A stretch of 63,992 nucleotides of DNA, filler included, from Olpidium bornovanus S191 (Eukaryota; Fungi; Olpidiomycota): NCBI GenBank assembly GCA_017911155.1. It is 28 parts of 28 records of this genome, joined end to end, with 100 filler letters (N's around TTAATTAATTAA, not from the genome) between each part and the next. Parts side by side here need not be neighbours in the genome. Positions count along the whole stretch, not along the records: positions 25,414 to 27,425 come from JAEFCI010006537.1; positions 27,526 to 28,664 come from JAEFCI010005364.1; positions 28,765 to 30,160 come from JAEFCI010009451.1; positions 30,261 to 33,371 come from JAEFCI010005656.1; positions 33,472 to 35,297 come from JAEFCI010011275.1; positions 35,398 to 39,587 come from JAEFCI010001065.1; 22 more parts are not named here. One strand, 5' to 3'. How positions within the stretch are numbered: position 1 is the stretch's first letter; each line of letters begins with the position of its first letter. Under the pieces are notes generated by a model, which was not told the origin of the DNA, searched no databases, and was given only the letters and a program-made list of their open reading frames with translations. Below, piece by piece: positions 25,423 to 39,332 of the stretch. The translations under genes and the position numbers were made by a program.

Positions 25423-25682
25423 TGTCGAAAACTCTATTCGTCAATTTTAAGGCGCCCCGGTGGGGGTAAGGGGAAGGAGTGTTGCAAACAAAATCGGGGC
25501 CACGGTCGCCGGGCACGGTCACCGGAGGGCGCTAAACGCAAAAAGGACGTTTCGGTAAGAAGCAGATATATATATATATATATTGTTGTATATATATTGT
25601 TGTTTGGTTTCACCTTTTGTTTTGTATTTTCCGCAGCAGGGGTTTTTCTGGTTACTTTAGATAAGGGCATATATGTGCGACA
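25423..25682 (-). repeat. 3' LTR of the copia element (260 bp)
   Basis: Terminal inverted TGTCG...CGACA. On the minus strand a polypurine tract GAGGTGGGG (25691-25683) lies immediately upstream. The LTR contains a (TA)n/TATA region. Confidence 0.85.
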
Positions 25683-25949
25683 CCCCACCTCGAGGAAAAC
25701 GCTTGAAATCTGAGGGAATCAATGGAGAACCTGGGAAAACTTTAAGAAAAAACGTGCAAGTAATCGTAATCGGAATTGGAATTGGAAATCGCATCCGGCA
25801 ATTATGTCCGGGAAAACAGGGGAAATGAAAATGTGCAGGGGAAGAAAGTGCTAATCGGCCATTCTCAACGGCCACGACCTCAAATCAGCGCCGCGCTGAA
25901 GTGGCACTTTTCTCCCTCATCACCGTCGCCGATCTCCATCTCCACAGCC

Positions 25950-26960
25950 TGCGACGTCGCGGAAGTCGTCCGCCTGTTGCATCCCAAGCTTATGCCGTCG
26001 GCAAACTTGATCTTGCTAAGCGGCTTGGTCAGAGCGTCCGCAACGTTGTCATTGGTGCCGATGTGCTTGACCGCGATGGTCCCATTAGCGACCAGATGAC
26101 GGATGTGATGGAAACGGAAGTCGATATGCTTGGATCTGCGTCCAAGACGTCCCTCGCCAGCGGTGTGATGGCGCCCTCATTGTCGATTTCCAGCGGAGTT
26201 GGATGGTTGATCTCATCGGCGTCTAAGTAGACTAAGAGCGAGCGGGACCAAGTGATTTCCTGAGCTGCCGTCGACACTGCAACAAATTCCGCTTTCATGG
26301 AGCTGGTGGTGACACAGGTCTGCCTGGTAGATCTCCAACTGATAATAGCGCCATAGAAGAAGATTGCAAACCCGGTCGTCGACAATCGTGTCTGATGACA
26401 ACCGCCCCAGTCCGAATCAACCCAGCCATGGAGGCCGGTGGCTGCCTGAGGCAGTCCATTATAGTTTTCCGCGCCGGGAAAGTAGATTCCGAGCTGTCGT
26501 GTGCCCTTGAGGTACCTGATGATCCTTTTGGCAGCGGGCAAGTACTTCTCCGTCGGCTTGTGCACGTACCACAACAGAAAGCTGACGGCAAAGCTGATAT
26601 CGGGTCTGCTATGCGTCGCGAGATACAGCAAGCTGCCGACAATCTTGGCATATCGATTCTTGAGTGGCTTCGGCGGGGTGTAATTGTCGTTGATGTCGAC
26701 AGAGAGTGACTCCATCATATGCGGCTCAAGCGGCGTCTTTTCTGGATGCACGTCGCTGAGCTGATGATCGACGATGAGCTCTGCGATCAGATGGTGCTGT
26801 GTAATGGTGGTCACGCCATTCGCGTCGTCGTGGAATTGCATCCCAAGTGCAAATCGAACGTCGCCGGACTCAGTCATCTTGAATTTGGCGGAAACTTGCA
26901 CCTCCAGCTTGCTGATGTTGTCGGCGTCCAAATGGTCTCTCGGATGAACGCGTCGGCAAC
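25950..26960 (-). pseudogene. Copia pol (RT/RNase H) pseudogene
   Basis: Frameshift near 26150 within RNase H. No intact YVDD motif and no gag, protease or integrase upstream. Confidence 0.85.
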
Positions 26961-28396
26961 GGGCGCCGTGTTGACATCCTTTCGTTGCATAACCCTTTGC
27001 TTTTCCTCCCTTCCTCCCGTCGAGGTCGATTCGCATAATTCCATCGATTTCCCTCGACTTGCGCAGCCTCATCAATTTTTCTGCTCGATCCCTTTTGTTT
27101 TGATTTTACACCCTCTTTTTTTTCTTCTTGTTGTTTCTTGTTGCTTACGTAGAGTTCTCCGTTCGAAAAGCCCCAACGTCGAAATAAGAAGGGAAACGGG
27201 GTCGACGCCGAGATTGCCGTCGGGCTGTCGGCGCGTCGAGGTCGAGGAAAGTTAAGTTTTGGGCTCCCACCGTGCCGTCAGGCCAGGAGTTGGGCGCCCG
27301 TCTGCATGCGACTTTGCAATCGCCTTTCCACATCTTTGTGGGAACGCCCCGCTCCTTTTCGGTCTTGTTCTCCCTCTTCTTCGCAAACCCCTCCCTGGAA
27401 AGCAAGCCCCCGGCGGGCACGGGTCNNNNNNNNNNNNNNNNNNNNNNNNNNNNNNNNNNNNNNNNNNNNTTAATTAATTAANNNNNNNNNNNNNNNNNNN
27501 NNNNNNNNNNNNNNNNNNNNNNNNNCATGCGCGCGGGCGCGCGCGACGGACCGACCCAGAAAAAAAGAACATCCTTTTATCGCTCATTCTCTGCGCGAGA
27601 CCGGATGTTGGTGTTGAGGGGCTGACGGAAAGCGCGCTGCTGCGCAGACAGTAGCGGCTCCGCGGCAGCCTCGAAAACGGCCATCCCCCCCCCCCGCTTC
27701 CACCTTTAAAGCCTCAAGAAACACCGCACGCCACGCAGCGACCTGGTCTCCAAGCCCTATCCTGATCTCGTTCGGCGACTTTTGGCTGGAGTTATTTAAA
27801 GCACCTCCCCCGTCCATCACCCGACGGGTTAGTAACGGCGGGAAGGTACGGCGGTGGCAGGAAGTCTCCGACGCAGAACGGGCCATGCATGAGGGCAAAT
27901 GAGACTTTGGGAAGCGGGAGGAGGTACCATTGCCTGCGGGCGCGCGCGGTGCCGTCCGTGCGAAAATGGGGTCCCGAAATGTGGTTCTGCAAATGCAACG
28001 AAACGCGATTAGATCTGTTAGAAATGCAAGGCGTGCTCAGCGGCACGCTACTAGGCTCCTGAACCGGGCACTGACGAGAACGAGAACATGCGCCACCGGG
28101 AGACCTTTGAGACATTTTGACGCTCAATTGCTCCGTGTTTTTTATTTTGTTTCTTTCTCATGGCGGGGGAGGGATCGTACATGTGATGAATGATAGAAAA
28201 ATCTGAGTATATATTTGCATATCTTGGCAAAAGCAACGGGGGAACGTAGAGCTATCCTGCCTAAGGAGATCAACAGGCATGCTTCTGAGGGGGTGCGAAA
28301 GAGAATCGCTTGCTGCGGTTAACTCCTTCTGATAAATAGCCAACTGACCCGTCCTCAATGCTCGTCGGAGGAGCTTGAGGTTGGGAAAATCCAGAA

Positions 28397-28664
28397 TTAC
28401 CCCCTCGCCTTATACAACGCCTCCACGTCCGCGACATCTTCGCTGCTTCCCAGAAAGATGGGCGCCCGGTCGTGGATCCCCGCGGGCACTATGTCGAGCA
28501 CCCGAGACCGCCCCGTGGAGGCGGCGCCGCCCGCTTGCTCCATTATGTAGGCCATTGGAAAGCACTCGTAGAGCAACCGAAGCTTACCGTTCTTGGACTT
28601 TGAGTCTGCGGGATAGGCGAACAGACCGCCGTACAGCAGTGTGCGGTGCACGTCGGCAACCATG
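28397..28664 (-). CDS. FBP1: Fructose-1,6-bisphosphatase, C-terminal exon, 5' truncated
   Basis: [63 protein letters not shown]. Confidence 0.98.
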
Positions 28665-28865
28665 NNNNNNNNNNNNNNNNNNNNNNNNNNNNNNNNNNNN
28701 NNNNNNNNTTAATTAATTAANNNNNNNNNNNNNNNNNNNNNNNNNNNNNNNNNNNNNNNNNNNNCTGCTGGAACAGGCGAACATGGATAAGGAGACCCAC
28801 GGCAAGATGATTTCCGTCTTGGTCAGTCGGCGGCGGCGGCGGCGGCGGTGAGCGCGTGAGCGCGA

Positions 28866-28968
28866 GGGGGAGGGGGTGGGGGGGGGGGGGGGGGGGGGGG
28901 TGTGGGGGGGGGGGGGGGTGGGGGTGTGGGGGGGGGGGGGGGGGGGGGGGGGTGTGGGGGGGGGGGGG
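28866..28968 (+). repeat. About 100-nt G tract (G runs interrupted by T/TGT)
   Basis: Read directly. Confidence 0.85.
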
Positions 28969-30260
28969 CGCGGGAGGTGGGTGAGGCTTTTCGCGCGGTC
29001 TAATTCTCGCCGTCTCGGTATCCCAAATGTTTTAAGCGCCGCTCCGTCTTTCTGCGTCCAAATTCTGCGCAGGAAAAGAGTTTTTGGACGCCGTCTCTTC
29101 CAAAGTTTTCGCGTGATTATAAATCGCATTATATGAAAAATAAATGATAATCAATATAATAGAGCATAATTATATATCATTGGGGAAGCAGATTACGAGA
29201 ACCAGAAACGGACACGCGAGTTTGAGTTCTACGACGCTCCAGCAACCCGAACATGACGTCCCATCGTTTGGTCATTTCGTGGTCTAGCTTTTTTTTCAGT
29301 TTTGCCGTTTTGAGTTCCTTTCCACCCAGATCTTGGAGGTATTCCAACAATTACCTCGGCGATATTACGCCTTTCTTTAGACCACGAAGATTGCCGCTAT
29401 TGCCATGGGCGCCGTTGCCATCATTTGCGCAGGTTGCGTGCGCCGCTCTAAACCCTGATTTTAGAGGGTTGCCACGGCTACACCAAAAGGAAGGGCTGCG
29501 GGAGGTTACGGCACGAGAAAAGGCTACGACCACTACGACAAGAGAAAGTTCTACTGATACAAATACGAAACGAAGTACGGAAAGAGTTACGGAAAAAAGG
29601 TTCTATTGAGTTATATCTACTGCCCGGACGGAAGCTGCTTATACGAGAATCGCCGTTCAAACCCTTACTCCTTTATCATTGGCCCTTTGAAATGGCGACG
29701 CGGATAATACCGATGCCGTGGTTCCCGATGACGGCGGCATTACCAGTGATTAAAATGAAAGCCTTTCTTTCTTTTGCGAACCGCTTGGGAAATTTACAGA
29801 GCATATTTAAAAAAAACTGTTAGCAGCGAGATCACCTGGGCACGTCACATATAATTAACGCAGATGCCTTTTGAGCATTGGTTAGCTGTAGGTCACAGGC
29901 CCTTGAACTGACTTCATTCAAACCTGGTATGCGCAGCTTTTGTCTCACACAGTACTCCATTTTGTGATACGCGACCCTGCTCCAAAGAAATTGCTCGGTG
30001 TCAGGGAAGAAGAAGCGGGCTCAATGCGATTGGGCGCAACATGTCATTCAGGCTGGAAGGCCATCCGACGGCGGAAGGGCAAGTGACGAGGGGAGGCGGG
30101 AGAGGGCTGGGGGGAGGGGTCAGTTATCATAAATGCGTGTTCGCCACGACAAAAATCTCANNNNNNNNNNNNNNNNNNNNNNNNNNNNNNNNNNNNNNNN
30201 NNNNTTAATTAATTAANNNNNNNNNNNNNNNNNNNNNNNNNNNNNNNNNNNNNNNNNNNN

Positions 30261-31487
30261 CCATTCCCGCCTGTGAAGTAGATCCCATCATCGTCTGGAG
30301 GACAATGCGCCAGGCGTTACGGGAGAACGGTTGGGTTTGGTTTTATACAGGCGATGATGCGTGCTTGTGAAAAGCGCCGATGGGATAAGACAGGCGCCGG
30401 GATCAACGCTTCCCCTACTCACATACGTTTTGCCGGACCCTGTCTGCCCCATGGCGAACACGGTTGCGTTGTACCCCTCCATGCTCGAACTGCAACACGG
30501 AAGCCGTTCGCGAAATGGGGAGCCGCGCAGAGGTCGCGTCGCCACGATCGCAACGCATCGCGGACATACCGGATGAAGTCGCGCACGCTTTCCTCGTACA
30601 CGATGGCGTTGTCGCTGATCCGAAATGTTGGCCTTTCGCTTCCTCGAAGTCCCATGATTCAAACAAATTGTTCGCGGACGCACCTTCCAATGAATACTTT
30701 GTCTGTCGCGCGGTAGGGTGAAGACAACCCGTGTAGTTTGTTAGTAACCGACAGCTCTCACGACAGGTAATTAGAAGCCCAGATGCAAGCGATTTTTTTT
30801 TACCGAAGTGGTATTCGACCTCTTGGTTGTTCTTGGTCCATTCGGGTTTCAGCTGCACGCGGTTGATTAGGGGATCGGCCGACCAAGCCTCATCGCCATC
30901 GTCGTCAAAAGTGGCGGACTGGGACGCATCCAACGGTCGTGTCGCGATCACCGCGGGTCGAACCCTGATCGCAACGTGGACCCGCTCGTCCAAATTTGGT
31001 TCTTCATGTCGGCGGGCCGGCTTGAGTGAAACCGGTGTCGCGCTGTCCCTTGTGGTGCTGGGTGGGGGTGTAACGGTGGTGCCGGCGACAGCGCTGAGCG
31101 GCCTGGCCGTCGATTCCGTGCCAGAGACTGTGGCAGTGCTGCTGATCCTGGACTGCGGCGGGGTCAAAGGGTCTCTCTCGCTGCTGTCGGTCGTGGCGCC
31201 GCCGCTGCTACTGTTGCGGGGCCTGCGTAAGCTCCCTTGTTTCCTGCGTCCCGAGGGCGACCTCCCTGGAGACGATTGCGGCGCGCCCTTCACGAAATAG
31301 ACCAGCAAGGAAAGCAAACGTCAGCTTCGGCGCTGGCGAGCGCCAAAAGCACGGTCTTCGATGAACTTGCGGCTTCCGGCCTAAGAGGGCCGTCAAGGTC
31401 AACTCGACCGCGAGTTGCGCAGGGGTCCGAAGTGGTGGATGCGTTGCCCGCTAAAGATGAGACGAGCTTCGCCGATGCATTATCCAA
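30261..31487 (-). CDS. Kinesin with a Ser/Thr-rich N-terminal extension and the start of the motor domain (kinesin-7/Kip2-CENP-E-like), 3' truncated
   Basis: ERVHVAIRVRP; YHF|DKVF; micro-exons joining to SSMEGYNATVFAMGQTGSGKTY|TMMG (P-loop). The start codon is uncertain. Confidence 0.9.
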
Positions 31488-32678
31488 ACGGGATTCTCTG
31501 GCCCACCTTCCTCATTTGTGGAGTCGGACGGCGATTGCGCCGTCAGAACGCTGACGTTGGTTCCGCTGCGAAGAGAAGGTGCTTGGCGCGGTGGGCACGC
31601 TCAGACAAAACCAGTGCCGCGATCGTTTGCTGAGTGCCGCGATCGCTTGCGGAGTACCGCCCCCGGCGGAAGTGTCCAAGGCAACCGAAGCCGCGTCGGT
31701 CACTTGTCCCTTGCTCAGTCGCATAGCGACACTTCGGGCGGGTTTGCCCGAGCGAATTGGACATAAAGACGAGTGCAAAAAAATTAAACTCAGACACGCG
31801 TTCCTCGGGAGACCGTGTCTACCGTCGCATATGAGGACGGGTCGGCTTCCCCCGAGATACGAAGGTGCACAGGATGGCGTATTTCCTTCTGAGGTTTTCC
31901 GTGCTCTTCTCAGCCAACATTTGCTGGCCCGGCCAGTTATTGATACCGGCTGTCCAAAGGGCGTCTCCGAAAGCCGAAGGATTCAAAAGACCGTGCGCGG
32001 CATGCTGCCAAAACTAATGATCTTGCAACCCGGTTGTCAGAGAGGGTGTCGAGCTGTTGTGTCGTTCAACAAGTTTCCCTAATGTCGCCAAGCTCTTGTC
32101 TCAGACAGGAATACAGTCATTACCGAACCGCCAAGTTCTGGTGTTGAAAAGGAAATCCGCTTGGCACCCGCTTCCCTCGGCCCGCAGCTCGGCAAATTCA
32201 GGCCATCAAATTCATTCATATACTTTTCCAGCGCCCGCCGGAAGACCGTTGCTTCCGGCCGGTTGCACTAGATGCCACGAACAGCCGTTATCTGTAGGCG
32301 ATCTCGACGTGAAGACCATGCTGCTTCCCAAGAAGGCGACACAAGCCATTCATTTAGGAAGAATACGGCCCTTTTGCCGACTAGTGTCAGCCACGAGGAA
32401 AACAGCCTCATTATTAAAGTTTCAGCATTTACTGAAAGCAGGGCTCTCCATCTCCTCAATTGCAGGATTTGAGTGTGGAAGGAGCCCAGCCACCTGTGGC
32501 AGGCTCTCAAAAACGCGCTATGCCCGAGGTTTTTACGCAGGTTTACCAGGCGCCTTCCTCGGCGAACCTAGTGGACTCGACACTGGATTAAACCCCCTCT
32601 TCCCCTGTCCCCCGCGGCCCCGCGCCCGGTATTCACGTTACTCCGCCGGCTTCGTGTGTCCCGCATTTTAGGAGTACA

Positions 32679-33163
32679 TTAACTTCCTATATTTTTCGCG
32701 GCATCCTTGTCTTCGCCTTGTTCGAGCGCAAGGGGCCGCTGGTACTTCTGGTACTCCTCCGCGAAGCCGTAGCGGAAGCATCGTACTGACATTACAAGAT
32801 TTGAACTAATGGAGAATGAATGCATCGTACAATATTCTGTCCTGCAAATCATTTGTCGAACCAAGAACCTTATCCGCCGTGTCCGCTTTCGCTCTTTCAA
32901 CCGCCGCCGCCGGCTCCCACTTCACCTTCGCCATCTCTGCCGCCGACTCCCCCTTCACCTTCGCCATCTTCCCCTTCACCTTCGCCACCTCTGCCTTCGT
33001 CCGCTCCTCAACGACGTCCACTTGGTGGGCACTTCGCGACTGAATTTCGAGTAGTTGAGGTGTCAGTAGCAGTCTGGCATTACGCGCGTTCTTCCAAGTC
33101 CGACTCACATAAAAGTTGCCCGCCGCAGTGGCCGCAGCGAGCCCAGTCAGGGCCGCGCCGACC
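32679..33163 (-). CDS. Small spliced gene: N-terminal hydrophobic helix, repeated coiled coil and a RYGFAEEY motif
   Basis: VGAALTGLAAATAAGNFY, intron 33108-33040 (GTGAGT..CTGAC..TTCAG), SRSAHQVDVVEERTKAEVAKVKGKMAKVKGESAAEMAKVKWEPAAAVERAKADTADK, then RYGFAEEYQKYQRPLALEQGEDK*. The last junction is unresolved. Confidence 0.55.
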
Positions 33164-33854
33164 TAGCCAGCGTTGGCTCGCCGCCCCTCCAAAGTCTTGC
33201 TCTGTACCACGGATAGAAAAGAAATAATTGCGGACGTCAAAACTAAGCAAACATGCTGAACCGCCTCGCAGGACACGCGAAAGATAGTCCCGGAACGGAT
33301 GAACCCGCAACTAACCGTGAAGCTCATTCTGGGATTTGGTCGGTGTGCGGAAAGCCGTGTTTTGCGCATCGNNNNNNNNNNNNNNNNNNNNNNNNNNNNN
33401 NNNNNNNNNNNNNNNTTAATTAATTAANNNNNNNNNNNNNNNNNNNNNNNNNNNNNNNNNNNNNNNNNNNNCCCACACGCCCCGCGGCGCCCGTCCGCCC
33501 TCTCAACAACCTACAGCCGAATATATCATACAGTGGATGTTTACCTTCATCAAACAGAAGGCGTCGAAGCCACTCCGGCGTATGCACATCTTGTGCAGAC
33601 ACCTCCTCCCGATACCGCAAAGAAAAGAGCGAGCAAAGGAAACGAAAGGAGCTTGTATGTAACGTTCATTGCACGGCGGCGTGCAGGCGGGGGAATTGGG
33701 TGTGCGAGTTGGGGCAGCTGGGCTGGTTGTCACGGTACGTTGTGCACGGGACGGCGGCAGAGTTTGTGCAGGCGGGCCCCTGTTCGTTCGCGCGGTTCGC
33801 CCTGCGGCTTCCAACGATGCAATACAGCAAAGAACGAGAGACCAGGACGGAGAT

Positions 33855-35229
33855 ATGGCTGTGCCGATGCTAACCGTGCTCGTTGCGCTCGTGGCGGCCG
33901 CCGTCGCGCTGGTGCGGTTTGCGAAGCTGTCGGCGAAGGCGAGGAGGGAGGAGGCGAGACTTGCGTACTCGACGAGCAGGGGCCGCGTGGCAAAGCCGAT
34001 CGTCGGCTTGTTTCACCCATACTGGTGCGTGCGCGCGCCCGCGACGCGCCGCAGGTAAGCTGCCGGCGCGCACACGCTGACAACACTTACCGGCCGTCCG
34101 CGTACAGCGACGCCGGAGGCGGAGGAGAGCGTGTCCTCTGGACGGTGATGCGCGCACTGCAGCGCGAGTGCGCAAACGCGGCCATCGTCATCTACACCGG
34201 AGACGTGTCCGTGTCCAAAGACGAAATACTTCGGAAGGCGAAGGTAAAAGTCTGCAGCGGTTTGGGGTGGGAAGGGGGAGAATGAGAAGAGAGAGAGTGT
34301 GTGTGGGGTGGGGTGGTTGTTCGTCGCGGTTTTGTTGAACAGAGTATCTCTGAACGCCGCACGCGGAAAGCCTTTTGCCGCGTGTGCGCCTCTAATATTC
34401 TGGAAACTCTCTTTGCAGACGCGCTTTGACATCAGTGTTGACGGCGACGCCTTGGACGTCGTGTACCTCCATAAGAGGGCGTTGGTGGAGGATAGCAGGT
34501 GCGTGAAACAGCGATGGTCAAGTCTGGCAATGGGCGTTTCTGGGCGAGATCGGCCGACAAAGTTGGAGTGCCATTTTTTTGTTTTTTTTTTTTTTCGCCA
34601 GGTATCCCCGTTTCACCCTACTTGGTCAGAGCCTCGGCTCCATTTTTCTCAGTTTTGAGGCCCTAAATGGAGTCACGCCCGACATCTTCTTGGGTGAATT
34701 CGATGCGGTTGCGTTCGAAGTATTTTTACGATTTAGAGTTACGGTCGTAGGGCTTGTGAATTGACGCGCAAAGGTACACCAAATCGCGTTATTTACAGAT
34801 ACCATGGGTTACGCGTTTACTTATCCGCTGGCGAAGCTCTATGGATGCCGAGTGGGCGCATACGTTCACTATCCAACGATAAGGTTTCCGGGAGGAGGGG
34901 GAGGGGGAACGCTTTACCGGCCGTATCCTCCCGTGTGGCGATGTACCCCTCACCAGTCGTCGACTTCACGAAATCGACGCAGCGCAGACATGTTGCAGAA
35001 GGTCAAATCTGGCGTCGCGTCCGTCAACAACTCAGAAGAGATTGCAACGAACCGGCTGTTCAGCGCCGGCAAGCTGTTGTACGATCTTTTCCGAACGCGG
35101 ATCTCTCGCTCGTGTTGGGGCTTGATATCCTTTCGGCGTCTGACCTGCCGTCGCTCCGCGTCCAACAGATATTACCGTGTATTTGCGGTCTTGTACGGTT
35201 TTGTCGGGTCGTTTGCAGACGAAGTAATG
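33855..35229 (+). CDS. ALG11: Alpha-1,2-mannosyltransferase Alg11, 7 visible exons, 3' truncated
   Basis: N-terminal TM; VGLFHPYC|[11 protein letters not shown]; IVIYTGD; [13 protein letters not shown]; [15 protein letters not shown]; [10 protein letters not shown]|ADML. Confidence 0.97.
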
Positions 35230-36968
35230 GTAGGGCTGCGCGTAGACGGAGTTCCTCGTCGTATTCTCCGCTTAGCCTTCCGCGCGTCTTTGGGGGGNNN
35301 NNNNNNNNNNNNNNNNNNNNNNNNNNNNNNNNNNNNNNNNNTTAATTAATTAANNNNNNNNNNNNNNNNNNNNNNNNNNNNNNNNNNNNNNNNNNNNAAG
35401 CGATCAGCCGGGGAAAATCCTTCTTCTTCGCCTGCAAGATTCATAATTTCAGCCGGCAGGTATTGCGGCCATCGTGGGTCGGCCAAGGTCTTTGGTCTTA
35501 TTCAGCCGCTGTATCATGGGAGGATAGACTGCCGCGACATCGGAAAACGCCGTCTGCGATAACTCTTTGCGCGAAGCGTGGAACAGTTCCGGTGCTGGTG
35601 TGCACGCAGTCCGGTGTTCCCGGCCAGGCGGTGGGCGCGTGCAGACCGGGCCGACACCGGCGGCTCAGATCTCTCTTCGGCAGTCCCGCACTCGTGAAAT
35701 CAGCGTTTCCGAAGCTGCTCTTTGGGAAAAAACGGACGCACGTTTTTTTTTTCAGGACAACATAGATCTCCCCGTAACTGCAGCATGGGGCAAGTTAAGA
35801 GGCTGTGCGAGGGGATCAAGAGGTGGGGCAATCTGGGGAAGTACTTCGTTTTTGCGGCCGATCCTTGGTCTGGTACGCGCAGGAGGCTGCCGAAGTCCTT
35901 CGCCATTGCTCCTTTGCTCTCCTGCTACTTATTCTGATTTCGGGATAGCAGCGACTCCCGCGGCATGTTGGAAGTACGGAATTACTCCACGCACTCGTAC
36001 AATATCGCCTTTACGCTCTTATGCGTGATAAACCCGGTAGTCAATGACAAAACTGTTTCGACCTCCGACCCACCAGCAGTCAACTTTCCCGATAGCAGAG
36101 GCTGGTGACTAGTGATCGAAGGATCCAAAGGGGCCGCTTTTGTCGAGGACGGTGTCCGCTGGCAGATGATCTTTGGAGCCTTTCCTGGATGTGAAATCAC
36201 AAGGAACTGCAAAGCACGCGCCGAAGACCCGGAGGCTGGCCTGCAGCTGGAAAACACGCGCCCGTATACTATTACGCGACCTTCGTTGTCTCCCAAGACA
36301 CCTTCCAGATCAAAGAAGATTGGCAAGAAAGCAGCTTCAAGCTGCGACAAGGTGCCGCAAGGAGGCACTCTCGTCTCTGCGGAGGCGGATGCCCAAAAGT
36401 GCAACAATAATGGGGAAGTGGCGGTGGCGTGCGCTGAACCGTGCGGTTCCGTGTGCATGCACTACCCTACCGTTTGCGGGCACATCAGTGGCTATGCTAG
36501 CCAGCGAAAGTTCGTGTGTTTACTCGCTGCGACGGCCATCCCCTCCCACATGTCCGTCACGTCAAGTTCCCGGCTGCTGGGACGGCGCATCGAAGCCGCA
36601 GCGGTTGCACCCCGCCGATGAAACATGCAAGCTTTAGAAAGCCAACGATTGCAGACATCGCCTACGTTTCGGCGGCGTCTCGCTGCTCACCCTGTGGCCG
36701 TGAAGATTTGCCGGGAGTTTTTCTCTTCCTCCACTCCCTCCTCCCTTTTCCCGCTCCCGCTCTCCGTTCAGCCGGAAACACGCCACACGCACGCAACTCG
36801 GGGCGCAACCGCCCGTTTCCGTCCCCGCACACGCACACGCCGCAGGCAAGTAAGAGGGGGTGGCAGCGGAAACACGGACACGGAGGCCCCGCCGCGCGCG
36901 CTCGCGGAAAACGGAAGCGGGGAGCGAGAGAAGGAGAGAAAGGGACGAAGAAGAAGGGGGCGGCAAGC

Positions 36969-39332
<2,364 letters not shown>

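Larger units (their letters stand above)
25423..27075 (-). mobile_element. Decayed Ty1/copia LTR retrotransposon: partial RT, RNase H, PPT and complete 3' LTR
   Basis: KFKMTESGDVRFALGMQF; YAKIVGSLLYLATHSRPDISFAVS; AAKRIIRYLKGT; GWVDSDWGG..RLSTTG; AIISWRSTRQTCVTTSS.KAEFVA; after a frameshift, RSKHIDFRFHHIR..IGTNDNVADALTKPL. Confidence 0.95.

Noticed and set aside
28340-28400. Cryptic PTS1 by stop readthrough in FBP1 (also checked PDB1 and HIS2)
   Set aside because: The FBP1 readthrough extension reads FWIFPTSSSSDEH*, with no SKL-like end and no TGA-CTA context. The TPI1 C-terminus is missing and cannot be tested.
35398-36640. ORFs of 150-170 aa on both strands upstream of HSE1; similar cases at 43185-43775, 58612-59290 and 62592-62988
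   Set aside because: There are no recognisable motifs and no consistent splice model. They are left unannotated, though real exons may be present.
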